From an uncultured Planctomycetota bacterium (lineage in GTDB: Bacteria; Planctomycetota; Planctomycetia; Isosphaerales; Isosphaeraceae), in the NCBI GenBank assembly GCA_963823665.1, contig CAWGMQ010000004.1, positions 1 through 64,000 of the forward strand: a stretch of DNA of 64,000 nt, read 5' to 3'. Position numbers and translations under genes: made by a program. Below, piece after piece: positions 40,652-50,453 of this stretch (position 1 is its first letter; every line of letters starts with the position of its first letter). The notes beneath the pieces are model-generated. The model was not told the origin of the DNA. It saw only the letters and a program-made list of their open reading frames with translations, and did no database searches.

Positions 40652-43633
40652 ATGGACAGCGAACCGTCCCGCGCCATCCTCCGAGACATCCACACACTCT
40701 ACACCCTCGGCACAATGGGCGGCCGGACCGACGCCGAGCTGCTGGAGCGGTTCCTCGCGCGCCGCGACAGCGACGCCCACGACGCGTTTGCGACCCTGGT
40801 CGCGCGCCATGGGCCGATGGTGCTGGGAGTGTGCCGACGTATGCTACCGGCCTCTCACGATGCGGAAGACGCCTTCCAGGCGACTTTCCTCGTCCTCGCG
40901 CGGCGGGCCGCGTCGATCGTGCGGAAAGAGCGAGTGGCGAGCTGGCTCTACGGTGTCGCGGTGCGTACCGCCCAGGTCGCCCGGCGCCGCGCCGCCCGGC
41001 AGCGCGCAGGGGAGAGGCGACTGATGAATGAGACGCCCGAGGCCAAGCCGGAATCCGCGGACGACCGGGACGACCTGCTCCCGATCCTGGACGAGGAGCT
41101 GAACCGCCTGCCGCACCGCTACCGGGTCGCGCTCGTGGCCTGCGAAATCGAGGGCAAGCCGCGGCGCGAGGCGGCTCGGCAACTCGGCATCCCCGAGGGT
41201 ACCCTGTCCACCCACCTGGCGCGCGGACGGAAATTGCTCCGCGACCGGTTGCAGCGCCGCGGGTTCACCCTCGGCATCGGGCCGATCGCGGGGCTCGCCG
41301 GCCCGCTCACCGAGATCATGCTCCCCGAGCACTTGATCGGACCGACCGTCCGGGCTTCCCTGATTGATTCCTCGGCAGCCGGTGCAACAACGATCGTTAG
41401 CACGGCCGTCTTATCCCTGGCGGAAAGGGTGCTCAAGATGCTGTTCCTGGCACGGTTGAGTCTGGTCGTGGCGACCCTCGCGACGGTCGTCGCGGCAATG
41501 GCGACGGCGGTCGCGCTCGGTTGGTCGCCGAAGGCCGCGGAATCCCCGCAACCCGATTCGACGCGTGCCCGCCCGGCGGATCAGGCCGGCCCGGCGAAGG
41601 ATCGATACGGCGATCTCCTTCCCGACGGCACGGTGGCGCGGCTGGGTACCATCCGGTTCCGCGGCGGCGACCGGCCGGTGAACGCCATGCGCTTTTCGCC
41701 CGACGGCCAGACCCTCCTCACGGTTAGCGAGGACTTCCTCGTTCACCTCTGGGAGACGAAGACCGGCCGGCTCCTCCATGAATTCCTCCCGGGTTCCGGC
41801 TCCGCCTCGAGCAACCCCTGCATTGCCTTTTCGCCCGACGGCAAGCAGATCGCCCTGTCCGGCTCGGAACGTGCTCAGGGCGACAAGCCCGGATATGATC
41901 CGGTCGGTCTCGTCGTGGACGCGGTGACCGGCAAGGAAGTAAGGCGGCTCCCGATGAGAGACCGCGACAGCGATCTCGCCCTGGCCTTCACGCCCGACGG
42001 GAAATCCTTGATCTCGCTGCGGAACAGCGGCGTTGTCCGCATCGAGCAGATCGCGTCGGGCGTGGAGCTCCTCCATCGGAATTTCCGCCGCGACGGCACC
42101 GGCTCGCTGGTCCTGTCGCCCGATGGCAAGCTCGTGGCGATATGGACCGGCGCCAATACCCGAAAGCTCTACCTGTGGGACTGGCACGGAGCCGGCGAGC
42201 CTCGGGAGTTGAAGGTGCCGCGGCAGAGAGTCGATTGTCTGGTCTTCTCCCCCGACGGCACGGCCCTGCTCGCTTGCGACGATCTTGAACCGTTCGTGTA
42301 CGAGTGGGACGTGACTACGGGTGATTTGAAGCATCAGATCGAGGTGCGCGACGATATCCACCCCAATGGCCTGGCCGTCTCTCCCGATGGCCAGACGATC
42401 GCGGTCACCGATTACGGCAACCAGCGCGGCAAGAATTTCAGCGGGGGCGTGCTGCTGCTGGAGCGCGGGACCGGGAAGCTCTTGCGCGAGTTGCCGACCC
42501 CCGGCACGTCGGCCAAACAGGTCGCCTTCTCGCCCGATGGCCGCTGGCTGGCGGCCGTCGGTGGAGTCGGCGTCCATGTCTGGGACTGGCGAATCGGCGA
42601 GGAAGTGGCGGCAGGCTCCGCCGGTCATCGTGGCACGATCGGTCAAATCGCGACGGTGCCCGGCGATCTCATCGCCACCGCCAGCGACGATCACACGGTC
42701 CGAATCTGGGATGCCACCACCGGCATCGAGCGCCGGCGATTGCAGCACGGTCACTGGGTGCGGGCCATCGCGGTCTCGCCCGACGGCCAGTTCCTGGCCT
42801 CGTCCAGCCTCGATAATTCCGTCCGCCTGTGGGAAATCTCGAGCGGCAAGGATGTCTTCAAGCTGCCCGGACACGGGTCGCACGGCGGCCATCGCACGGT
42901 CGGCTTCACGCCGGACAGCCGGCGTTTTCTCTCCTATGGCGACGACCTGTACCTGCGAATCTGGGACGTCCGAACAGGGAAGGCACTGGCCGAGAACGCG
43001 GTGCGGCCGCCCGGTGTTGCGGAGCCAGGCGACTTCCCCCCAAACGATCCTGCGAGACGCATGACGATGATGCTGGGCCCCGCCGCCTTCACCCCGGACG
43101 GTCAGCAGCTCGTCGCAAACGTGGGGGGATCTTTCCATATCATCGAGACGGCGACCGGCCGGGTCGAGAAGAGTGTGGACCATCCCGGCGGCCATGTCAT
43201 CTCGCTGGCCATCGCGCCGGACGGCCGCACCTTCGCCACCAGCGGCTGGGGCCGGCCCATCCGCAGGAACCTCCCGGACGGGCGAGTTCAATCGACCACG
43301 CCCAATCATCACCCGGTCTGCCTGTTCGAGCTGGCAACCGGCAGGCTGGTTCGCGAGCTGGAGATGCCGACGAACGCCGCCGGGCCGGTGGCGTTCTCGG
43401 CCGGCGGCAAGCTCCTGGCGATCGGCTTCGGCCGGGGCCGCGGCGAGGTGCGCCTGATGGACCTGGCCACGTGGGCAACCGTCGCCGAGCTCACGGATTT
43501 CGGCTCCAAGCCGCACGTCATGACCTTCTCCGCCGACGGGAAATCACTCATCACCGGCCTGAACGACGGGACAGCCCTGGTCTGGGACTTGGCTCGCGTG
43601 CTTGCCCGGGGGGCGCCGAAGGAGGAGCGATGA
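40652..43633 (+). CDS. ECF sigma-70 factor fused to TM helix and WD40 propellers
   Basis: TDAELLERF, RHGPMVLGVCRR, DAEDAFQATFLVL, WLYGVA, EAARQLGIPEGTLSTHLARGR; DRYGDLLP..ARLGT, then WD40 repeats. Confidence 0.93.
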   Translation: MDSEPSRAILRDIHTLYTLGTMGGRTDAELLERFLARRDSDAHDAFATLVARHGPMVLGVCRRMLPASHDAEDAFQATFLVLARRAASIVRKERVASWLYGVAVRTAQVARRRAARQRAGERRLMNETPEAKPESADDRDDLLPILDEELNRLPHRYRVALVACEIEGKPRREAARQLGIPEGTLSTHLARGRKLLRDRLQRRGFTLGIGPIAGLAGPLTEIMLPEHLIGPTVRASLIDSSAAGATTIVSTAVLSLAERVLKMLFLARLSLVVATLATVVAAMATAVALGWSPKAAESPQPDSTRARPADQAGPAKDRYGDLLPDGTVARLGTIRFRGGDRPVNAMRFSPDGQTLLTVSEDFLVHLWETKTGRLLHEFLPGSGSASSNPCIAFSPDGKQIALSGSERAQGDKPGYDPVGLVVDAVTGKEVRRLPMRDRDSDLALAFTPDGKSLISLRNSGVVRIEQIASGVELLHRNFRRDGTGSLVLSPDGKLVAIWTGANTRKLYLWDWHGAGEPRELKVPRQRVDCLVFSPDGTALLACDDLEPFVYEWDVTTGDLKHQIEVRDDIHPNGLAVSPDGQTIAVTDYGNQRGKNFSGGVLLLERGTGKLLRELPTPGTSAKQVAFSPDGRWLAAVGGVGVHVWDWRIGEEVAAGSAGHRGTIGQIATVPGDLIATASDDHTVRIWDATTGIERRRLQHGHWVRAIAVSPDGQFLASSSLDNSVRLWEISSGKDVFKLPGHGSHGGHRTVGFTPDSRRFLSYGDDLYLRIWDVRTGKALAENAVRPPGVAEPGDFPPNDPARRMTMMLGPAAFTPDGQQLVANVGGSFHIIETATGRVEKSVDHPGGHVISLAIAPDGRTFATSGWGRPIRRNLPDGRVQSTTPNHHPVCLFELATGRLVRELEMPTNAAGPVAFSAGGKLLAIGFGRGRGEVRLMDLATWATVAELTDFGSKPHVMTFSADGKSLITGLNDGTALVWDLARVLARGAPKEER

Positions 43634-44910
43634 AACGGATGATTGCGGTCCCGCGGTGCGCTGCGCGAGCCTGGGCTTTGTTGTGTACCGGCCTTGGCGT
43701 GAATCGCCGGCAAGCGCTGCTCGTCGTGATCCTCGCGACCGTCGTTTCCGTCGGGACGGCCGAGGAACCACCGCCGAGCGCCCCTTACATGCTCACGTTC
43801 TCGCCGGACGGCCAGCGGCTGGCCGTCGCTACGGGCAAGCCGGATTCGAAAGTCGCCCTGACCGTCTGGGACACAGCCACGCTCCACCGCCTCTGGGAAG
43901 TACGCGACCGTCAGGGCATTGCCGCCGTCGCCTTCGCGCCGGATGGCCAGACGCTTGCCATCGGCCGCTTGAGCGAGGAGGCCAAAGTCTATGACAGCGT
44001 CGCGGGGAAGCTCCGCGCGACCTACGGCGGTCACGGCACGGTCGCGCGCGCCGTCGGCTTTGCGCCGGACGGCAAGCTGCTGGCCGTCGGCAGCTACGAA
44101 GGGTTCATCAAGTTGTGGGATTGGGCACGTGGGACCGAAGTGCGCACGTTGACCGGCCCTAAAGGCCGCATCTACGAGGTGGTGTTCTCGCCCGACGGCA
44201 CGCGGCTGCTCTCTGTCGGGGGCAACACCGCCCGCCTGTGGAACGTGGGCGCGGGCCAGGAGCAGCATCTCCTGCCCCACGCTTCCCTGGTCCGCTCCGG
44301 CCTCTTCGCGCCCGACGGCCGGACCGTGGTCACCGGCGGCGGGGACGCAACCGTGCGCTCGTGGGACGTCAAGACCGGAACGCCGCGCTGGAAGCTGGAG
44401 CGCTACGGCAACGTGAATACGCTGGCGTATTCTCCGTCGCGGGACGTGCTCGCCATCAGCGGAAGTGGTCGTCGGATCGAGCTGGTCTCGCCGGTGTTCC
44501 GGGAGTGTGACGAGTCCCAGCGGCGACGCCTCGATGTGTTGCTCGCCCATCTCGACGACGATTCATATGCGGTGCGCGACGCAGCATCACGCGAGATCCT
44601 CAAGATGGGTCTGATGGCCGAACCGTCGCTCCGCCGTCTGACGACCGAGTCGAAGTCGGCTGAGGTCCGCCTGCGCTGCCGGCATCTGCGGCAACAGGTC
44701 CTCACGACCCCACAGACCGAGCTATCCGGGCACGGAGACGAGGTCGAGTCCGTCGCGTTTGCGCCGGACGGCAACCTGCTCGCCAGCGTCGACCGCACCG
44801 GCACGGTCCGCCTCTGGGAGATCGCCACGCGCCGCATCCGCGGGCATTTCGTGCCTTCCGAAACCACCGGCCATTTCGACGACAATTCCCCACGCGGCAC
44901 CCTCCAGTGA
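43630..44910 (+). CDS. Exported WD40 repeat protein
   Basis: GGAGG SD, ATGA overlap, hydrophobic N-terminus, FAPDG/WD repeats, LDDDSYAVR helical insert. Confidence 0.85.
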   Translation: MKRMIAVPRCAARAWALLCTGLGVNRRQALLVVILATVVSVGTAEEPPPSAPYMLTFSPDGQRLAVATGKPDSKVALTVWDTATLHRLWEVRDRQGIAAVAFAPDGQTLAIGRLSEEAKVYDSVAGKLRATYGGHGTVARAVGFAPDGKLLAVGSYEGFIKLWDWARGTEVRTLTGPKGRIYEVVFSPDGTRLLSVGGNTARLWNVGAGQEQHLLPHASLVRSGLFAPDGRTVVTGGGDATVRSWDVKTGTPRWKLERYGNVNTLAYSPSRDVLAISGSGRRIELVSPVFRECDESQRRRLDVLLAHLDDDSYAVRDAASREILKMGLMAEPSLRRLTTESKSAEVRLRCRHLRQQVLTTPQTELSGHGDEVESVAFAPDGNLLASVDRTGTVRLWEIATRRIRGHFVPSETTGHFDDNSPRGTLQ

Positions 44911-44924
44911 TCCGCTCGAAGCAC

Positions 44925-45443
44925 CACATAATCTCTCGTCTCCTCGGTCCCGTCCCAGCCACCGGTATACTTCCTGAGCCACTTCGTTTTGTAGTCAAGG
45001 ACGAGCGACCCGTCCTTCGCCTTCTCTTTCCGAGGCCAGCGTGAATAGACGTAAACCTGGATGTCAGGACTGCGCCTCAGAGCCAGGTCGATGAAGTTCC
45101 CAGCCATTGTCAGATCACCATCCTTTCCGTCGAGGTGGCGATCAAACGGCTGCAAGCTCAGCACCTCCCAGGAGTGCTCGGACAATGCCCTGGGATAAAG
45201 CCCGAACGGCTCCTCCTGAAAACCGTCCCTTGGATGCTCCCAGAGCCATGACAACGGCGCACCGGGGATCATGTCCCGCCCCCACGTCAGAGTGCGTCCC
45301 CGGCTCTTGGCGAGCTTGCCAAGGCTCCCGTACCGAATCGTGTCGGTCACGCTATTACCAACAAAGTAAGCCCGCAGGGGGCTGTCGTCGCCGTGCGCCA
45401 TCCCGGAGAGGAACAACATCGGGGCAATCACTGATGCGAACAA
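44925..45443 (-). pseudogene. 3'-truncated SGNH-like exported protein
   Basis: Signal peptide, YFVGNSVT, IPGAPLSWLW, LSLQPF. The coherent frame ends at ..TEETRDY and runs into the WD40 gene antisense. Confidence 0.55.
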
Positions 45444-45627
45444 ACGCCGCTTCGGTAAATGTACATATATGTTCGTTTATCCGAATGACCCACTCACGGT
45501 CGTCATTGCACCTCGTTGCCTTCTCAAGACTTCCCGACTGATCACTCATTATCTCAGCTTCGCGCACCGATTGAAGCCCGAGCATAATCGCAGGACAATC
45601 GATAGCGTTCAGTGATGAGGCATTGTA

Positions 45628-46041
45628 GTGGCAGCATGGCGACGAAGAGCGTTGGCGTTGTTTCCTGAACTGCGGGGCGAGATTAACCCAGCCCGCGGGA
45701 GTCGGTTCAACCGTTACAACTATTACCTGCTCTTCTTCGACCTCTTCGCCATGTTTCGTGAAGCGTTGGACGCATCAGACGAGCGAACCCTTGGCAGGAT
45801 TCTCGACTTCGCCCAGTGGTGCTTTTGCCAGCATAGGAGGGCACCGGACTTGAACAATGCCGTGTGCGTTGCCTTCTACGAGCACGTCTTCGACGTTGCC
45901 CACCGAGACTGGCCCGATGTAGCACGTTGGCTCTCGCCCTCCGTTATCCGGGCATGCTGGACATTATGGGAAGCACGACACGACAAGGACGAATTCCAGA
46001 AACTCCGTGTGCTGCTCACTCCCCCGAGCGAGATGCCTTGA
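45628..46041 (+). CDS. Hypothetical helical protein, orphan immunity-like
   Basis: WRRRALALFPEL...ILDFAQWC...LNNAVCVAFYEH; GAGG SD. Confidence 0.6.
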   Translation: MAAWRRRALALFPELRGEINPARGSRFNRYNYYLLFFDLFAMFREALDASDERTLGRILDFAQWCFCQHRRAPDLNNAVCVAFYEHVFDVAHRDWPDVARWLSPSVIRACWTLWEARHDKDEFQKLRVLLTPPSEMP

Positions 46042-46274
46042 CCCTCGTCCGGTGGCATTGGCGTATCGATTTGGATTCCACGCCGCGTTTCAGTAAACCC
46101 CAAGAAAGACAAATCAAAGCGATAGCAAGGCCAGCACGCAGAGCCAAGCGCCCAAGAGGCCAAACGGCGATCAGTACCCGAGACGGTCGTACTCCTTCCC
46201 CGCTCCGCCAGCGGTGCGTTAAAATGGAATAACCACGCACAGACCCTGGACAACCTCTGAGCGACAGGCAGCCA

Positions 46275-46643
46275 ATGGACATACCGAGTGCATTGGTCGG
46301 GCTCTTCGGAGCCGTCTTGATCCTATGCTGGCTATTCTCGGAGCGGCGACCCAGTCGTGCTCTTATCCGAATTGGGCTCGGACTCGCGGGTATGCTGCTG
46401 GTCACATTCGCCGCGAGCCACGCACACATGCCGGACGTTTATTTACAGGGACAACTGTTGACGGCAATCAGACGTGAGCTCAGCTCGGGCGACTCACCTC
46501 GGGCGCTTCGGGCGATTGAAGAATATGAACGCGTCTATGAAGCTACACACGACCATGCGCACGCCGCCGTTGCTGGTGCTGAAATGCTACACGCGACGGC
46601 CGGGCATGCCCGCGCTCCAGAGAGTCTACCTGCGACTCCATAG
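46275..46643 (+). CDS. Small two-TM hypothetical protein
   Basis: Two hydrophobic segments followed by a helical tail. Confidence 0.55.
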   Translation: MDIPSALVGLFGAVLILCWLFSERRPSRALIRIGLGLAGMLLVTFAASHAHMPDVYLQGQLLTAIRRELSSGDSPRALRAIEEYERVYEATHDHAHAAVAGAEMLHATAGHARAPESLPATP

Positions 46644-46780
46644 TCAAGCTTGGTTCCTGCCAACCGTTCGGGGCACATCAGATTTCCCGGAGTTCCGGAG
46701 ACGAATCGCCGAACGAATCGGCTAACCCGGAAGGTCAACTATCCGGGCGTATCGGCGTCCTCATCCGCGACGATCGATTC

Positions 46781-47974
46781 TCAACGACTCACCTTCGCCA
46801 AAGGTCTAGAGGCGGCCCACGCGCGATGCGCCGCAGGCAACCCCAAGCGCCGGCCGGGTCGCACCCGCGGCCGTTCCTGCCACACCAGATTGAAAAACTC
46901 GGGCTCGCTGATGATCGAGATCGGCACGCCACGGCGGATGAGCTTCTCCGCGGCCAAAAGCTTCGAGCTCTTGTGCCGCATCACGAAGTCGTGAGACCGC
47001 CTGCCCTGCACGATCACACTCACCCGGCTTGTGACCTGATCCGAGATGGACGCCCCCGCCTGCCTCACCAGCACTTCGGCGTCAAAGCGCCGGATCGAGA
47101 GCGGTCCCGTGAAGACAACCGTCTTGCCTTCAAGGCTTTTCAATGGCTGTGCGTCGCGATACTCGTGCCCTTGCAACGCTCGGATCATCTCAATTGCCGT
47201 CGCGAAACGGGTGCGTCGCGTGCAGATCGCCTTGGCCACGATCGCCTGCAGATCTTCGTTGCAGGGCAGCTTGCTCGCGTCCTTGGACGTGATCAAACTC
47301 TCGGCATCGCCGCGAATCAGCATCGCCAGCAACTGCCCCATCTGAAAGACGTCGTCGGAAGGCAGCCAGTATCGCCGCTCTCCCTCGGCCATCCTTTTCG
47401 ATACGAAGAAAGGAGTGAAATGCGACGCGGCCACCATCTTGCCTGCCAGCACATGACGAGCCAGCCCGAAATCGCCGAGCTTGAGCTTGGCGTTCTTGCA
47501 CACAAATACGTTCGTCGGCGTGATGTCCCGATGCAGAGCCCCGGTTCCATGCAACTGGTCCAGAAGCTTCAGCAGCGCCACGATCTCCCGCCGGGCGCGG
47601 TCCGGCGACCATCCCCGCTTGGTCTGGGCGAGATGGTCGCGAATCGTCCCGTGCTCGGCGTATTCTGATACCAGACAGTAAAGCACCCCATGCCGCCTCG
47701 TCGGCGGGAACAACGGAAACGAGTCGTGCACCTGAATCGCTCGCTCGCAACGGTTCAGCAGCTCGCCAAAATAAGCTTCGCGGTGCCAGCTTTCCGGGTC
47801 GGTGGTTGTTTTCAGGCAATAATCGCCGATTTTACGGTCGAGCGAGTCAAGTCGCTGCACGCGATAGGCGCAACCGTATCCACCCTGCCCGATCGCATTT
47901 GCAATCAGATACCGCCGGCCGGTGGCAGGGCTGTCAATGACGGTTCCGGCCTTCAGTTTTCTCATGCGTTGCAT
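46781..47974 (-). CDS. Ser/Thr kinase with C-terminal BRCT domain
   Basis: IGQGGYGCAY, CLK, HRDITPTN, LGDFGLA, DVFQMG; then LEGKTVVFTGPLSIRR.DAE..VRQAGA....VT..VSVIVQG...SKLLAAEKL...ISIISEPEF (LigA-type BRCT). Confidence 0.88.
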   Translation of the reverse strand: MQRMRKLKAGTVIDSPATGRRYLIANAIGQGGYGCAYRVQRLDSLDRKIGDYCLKTTTDPESWHREAYFGELLNRCERAIQVHDSFPLFPPTRRHGVLYCLVSEYAEHGTIRDHLAQTKRGWSPDRARREIVALLKLLDQLHGTGALHRDITPTNVFVCKNAKLKLGDFGLARHVLAGKMVAASHFTPFFVSKRMAEGERRYWLPSDDVFQMGQLLAMLIRGDAESLITSKDASKLPCNEDLQAIVAKAICTRRTRFATAIEMIRALQGHEYRDAQPLKSLEGKTVVFTGPLSIRRFDAEVLVRQAGASISDQVTSRVSVIVQGRRSHDFVMRHKSSKLLAAEKLIRRGVPISIISEPEFFNLVWQERPRVRPGRRLGLPAAHRAWAASRPLAKVSR

Positions 47975-48250
47975 GACAGGAGAGCCTGGTCCGATTGCCT
48001 GAAGGCGAACCGCCGTCGAGACCACACGATCCCGGTGTAATAGAGCGGAGTAGCTGCCTGGATCCCGTTGTCGAACACAGCGGACACATCCCTCGTCCGC
48101 ATTGCTACGCAATCATACGACGGCCGGCGCACAATCTCCAACATCTTGGCGAGAAAATCAGCTCGGTAGCCTGCCGCGGCGTTTTGCCCGGCATAAACCT
48201 CAGATTTACCGAGCTAACTGCACGCATGCACGCGCATACCGGTGGCCTCG

Positions 48251-48817
48251 TCAGCCGGGTTGACCGGCCCTGTCGAATAGGTCCCGCAGGGGCAGGCGCA
48301 AGCCCGGCAGAACGTCGTCGCCATCCAGTTCATCGCCGGGCGTCAGTACGCGGATCTGCGACGTCGATGTGTACACGTAGATCTTCATCTGGGCGGGATA
48401 AACCACCCAAACGAGTCTCACTCCGGCCTGGTAATATTCCTCCAGCTTCCCGGCGACCTCATCGGCAGTGTTAGTCAGGCTGATGATCTCCACGGCGAGA
48501 TCCGGCACGACCGCCCAGGACCTTGCTCGAGGGATTCGACGATCTCGCCCCCAGCGCTCGAACGACACGAAGGCCACATCAGGCCGGCGCTCCCGATCGA
48601 CGCCTGGCCGCAGGTCGAAAATCATTTCGATGACGGCGCGGCCGATCGAGTTCTCCTCCACATACCGGTCGAGTCGCCCGTACATCACGGCTGCGAGCCA
48701 GTTCTCATAAGCACCCATCGGCTTCTCCACGATGCGGCCTTCAACGACCTCGTACAGGCCATCCGGCTCGGTCAGGTCCGACAGGACTTCGAGCTGCTCA
48801 GGTGTGACCGCAGCCAT
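48251..48817 (-). CDS. Uma2 family (DUF820) endonuclease
   Basis: YEVVEGRIVE, RRPDVAFVS, PDLAVEIIS, KLEEYYQAGVRLVWVV, LDGDDVLPG. Confidence 0.92.
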   Translation of the reverse strand: MAAVTPEQLEVLSDLTEPDGLYEVVEGRIVEKPMGAYENWLAAVMYGRLDRYVEENSIGRAVIEMIFDLRPGVDRERRPDVAFVSFERWGRDRRIPRARSWAVVPDLAVEIISLTNTADEVAGKLEEYYQAGVRLVWVVYPAQMKIYVYTSTSQIRVLTPGDELDGDDVLPGLRLPLRDLFDRAGQPG

Positions 48818-49055
48818 GGTCTTTCTCCACATACGGGGGATCGGATCTGTCACGCGAAAGATTGTACCACTTACACGGAATCACTATGCGGATCTGCCCG
48901 CGAAATGATCGCATACGAGGCCACCGCTTGTTATCTTGGTTGAACAAACCCGGGCCTCTGGCATCGGATCACACCTTCCGACGACCCGTTCTCTGTGCCG
49001 CGCGAGCGGCCACTCGGACCGGCCGTGAACGTCTCGACACCCAAGAGAGCATCTC

Positions 49056-50423
49056 GTGCCCTCCACAACCCGGTCAAAATCGGCATCGCGCACCCGGCGG
49101 AGGAAGGCGCTGCTGGTCTGGGTGTGGATCATCGGTTTTTGCCTGGCTGCCCTGGGCGCGACGTATGTGATGTTCGTCGAGCCGCCGCCGCCGCGCAAAT
49201 TCGTCATCGCCAGCGGCGCCCGCAACGGCGCTTACTTCCACCACGCCGAGCAATACGCCGCAGAGCTCCAGAAGGACCACATCACGGTCGAGGTCCGCGA
49301 GACCGCGGGCTCGGTAGAAAATCTCCGCCTGCTCGGGGAGGAAGGGTCGGGCGTGGCGGCAGCGATTGTCCAGAGCGGCGTGGCCGGCCCCGACGAAATC
49401 AAGCACTTTTACGCCCTCGGCAGCTTGTACCGCGAGCCCTTGTGGGTTTTCTACCGGGGCCAGGAAAAGCTCGATCGTCTCAGCCAGCTCGCGGGCAAGC
49501 GCATCGGCCTCGGTCCGGTGGGCAGCGGAACCTATGCGATCGCGGTGCGGCTGCTCGCGGAAAACGGCGTCCTCGAATCCGTCGGATCCCAGGGCGCTGG
49601 AACGGCCGTCTTGGCCCAAGAAAGTGTTGCCGCGGCCGCCACGGCCTTGCAGAAAGGTGACCTCGATGCGGCCTTCTTCGTGGCCGCGTTCGACGCCGAG
49701 TACATCCAGGGGCTGATCGCCGATAAGGGATTGAAGCTGCTCAGCTTCGATCAGCACGAGGCCTATCATCGCCGGTTCCGATTCCTGGCGCCGGTCACTG
49801 TGCCCGCGGGCCTGGCAAACCTTGGCCAGAACATTCCAGACCATGACGTCGCGCTCGTGGCGCCAACGGCGATGCTCGTCGTCCGCAAGGATTTCCACCC
49901 CGCGCTCGTCCCGCTCTTGCTGGCCACGGCGACGCACATTCACCGCAGAGGCGATGAGCTTTCCGACCCCGGCGAGTTCCCTTCGGAATCGTATTGCGAC
50001 TTCCCGCTGAGTGACGACGCCAAGCGTTTCTTCACGTCCGGCCAGCCCGTCCTCCAGCGGCTCCTCCCATTTTGGCTGGCGTCCCTGGTAGATCGGGCCA
50101 AGGTGATGCTGATCCCGCTGGTCATGCTGTTGATGCCCCTGGTGCGGGCCGCTCCGCCCCTCTTGCGCTGGCGAACCCGGCGCAAGATCTACCTCTGGTA
50201 TTCCGACCTGCGAGATATCGACCAGCGGCTCGTCAGCGGCATCTCGAGCGCCGATCTTGACCAGGAGCTCGCGCGCTTGAACGAGATCGAGCACCAGGTG
50301 GCCTATGTGGATGTCCCTCTCTCCTACATGGAAGAGTTTTACCACCTGCGCACGCACCTCGATATGCTCCAGCAACACCTGGTTGAATTCCGCGAGCGAA
50401 ATGAAGCCACCGCGAAGCCCTGA
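49056..50423 (+). CDS. TAXI-family TRAP solute-binding protein with C-terminal membrane extension
   Basis: IASGARNGAY, ETAGSVENLRLL, LYREPLWVF, LAGKRIGLGPVGSGT, LQRLLPFWLA, VPLSYMEEFYHLRTH. Confidence 0.88.
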   Translation: MPSTTRSKSASRTRRRKALLVWVWIIGFCLAALGATYVMFVEPPPPRKFVIASGARNGAYFHHAEQYAAELQKDHITVEVRETAGSVENLRLLGEEGSGVAAAIVQSGVAGPDEIKHFYALGSLYREPLWVFYRGQEKLDRLSQLAGKRIGLGPVGSGTYAIAVRLLAENGVLESVGSQGAGTAVLAQESVAAAATALQKGDLDAAFFVAAFDAEYIQGLIADKGLKLLSFDQHEAYHRRFRFLAPVTVPAGLANLGQNIPDHDVALVAPTAMLVVRKDFHPALVPLLLATATHIHRRGDELSDPGEFPSESYCDFPLSDDAKRFFTSGQPVLQRLLPFWLASLVDRAKVMLIPLVMLLMPLVRAAPPLLRWRTRRKIYLWYSDLRDIDQRLVSGISSADLDQELARLNEIEHQVAYVDVPLSYMEEFYHLRTHLDMLQQHLVEFRERNEATAKP

Positions 50424-50453
50424 GGAGTGCATTCGCGTGGGGGGGCACCGCAG

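Noticed and set aside
41411..43516. Long antisense ORFs (701 aa here; also 49074-50432, 51084-52817, 23595-24803, 28375-29613)
   Set aside because: Shadow ORFs of high-GC genes on the opposite strand, with no recognisable motifs.
45480..46780. Integron cassette array around the orphan ORFs
   Set aside because: No repeated attC-like inverted structures or integrase were recognisable.
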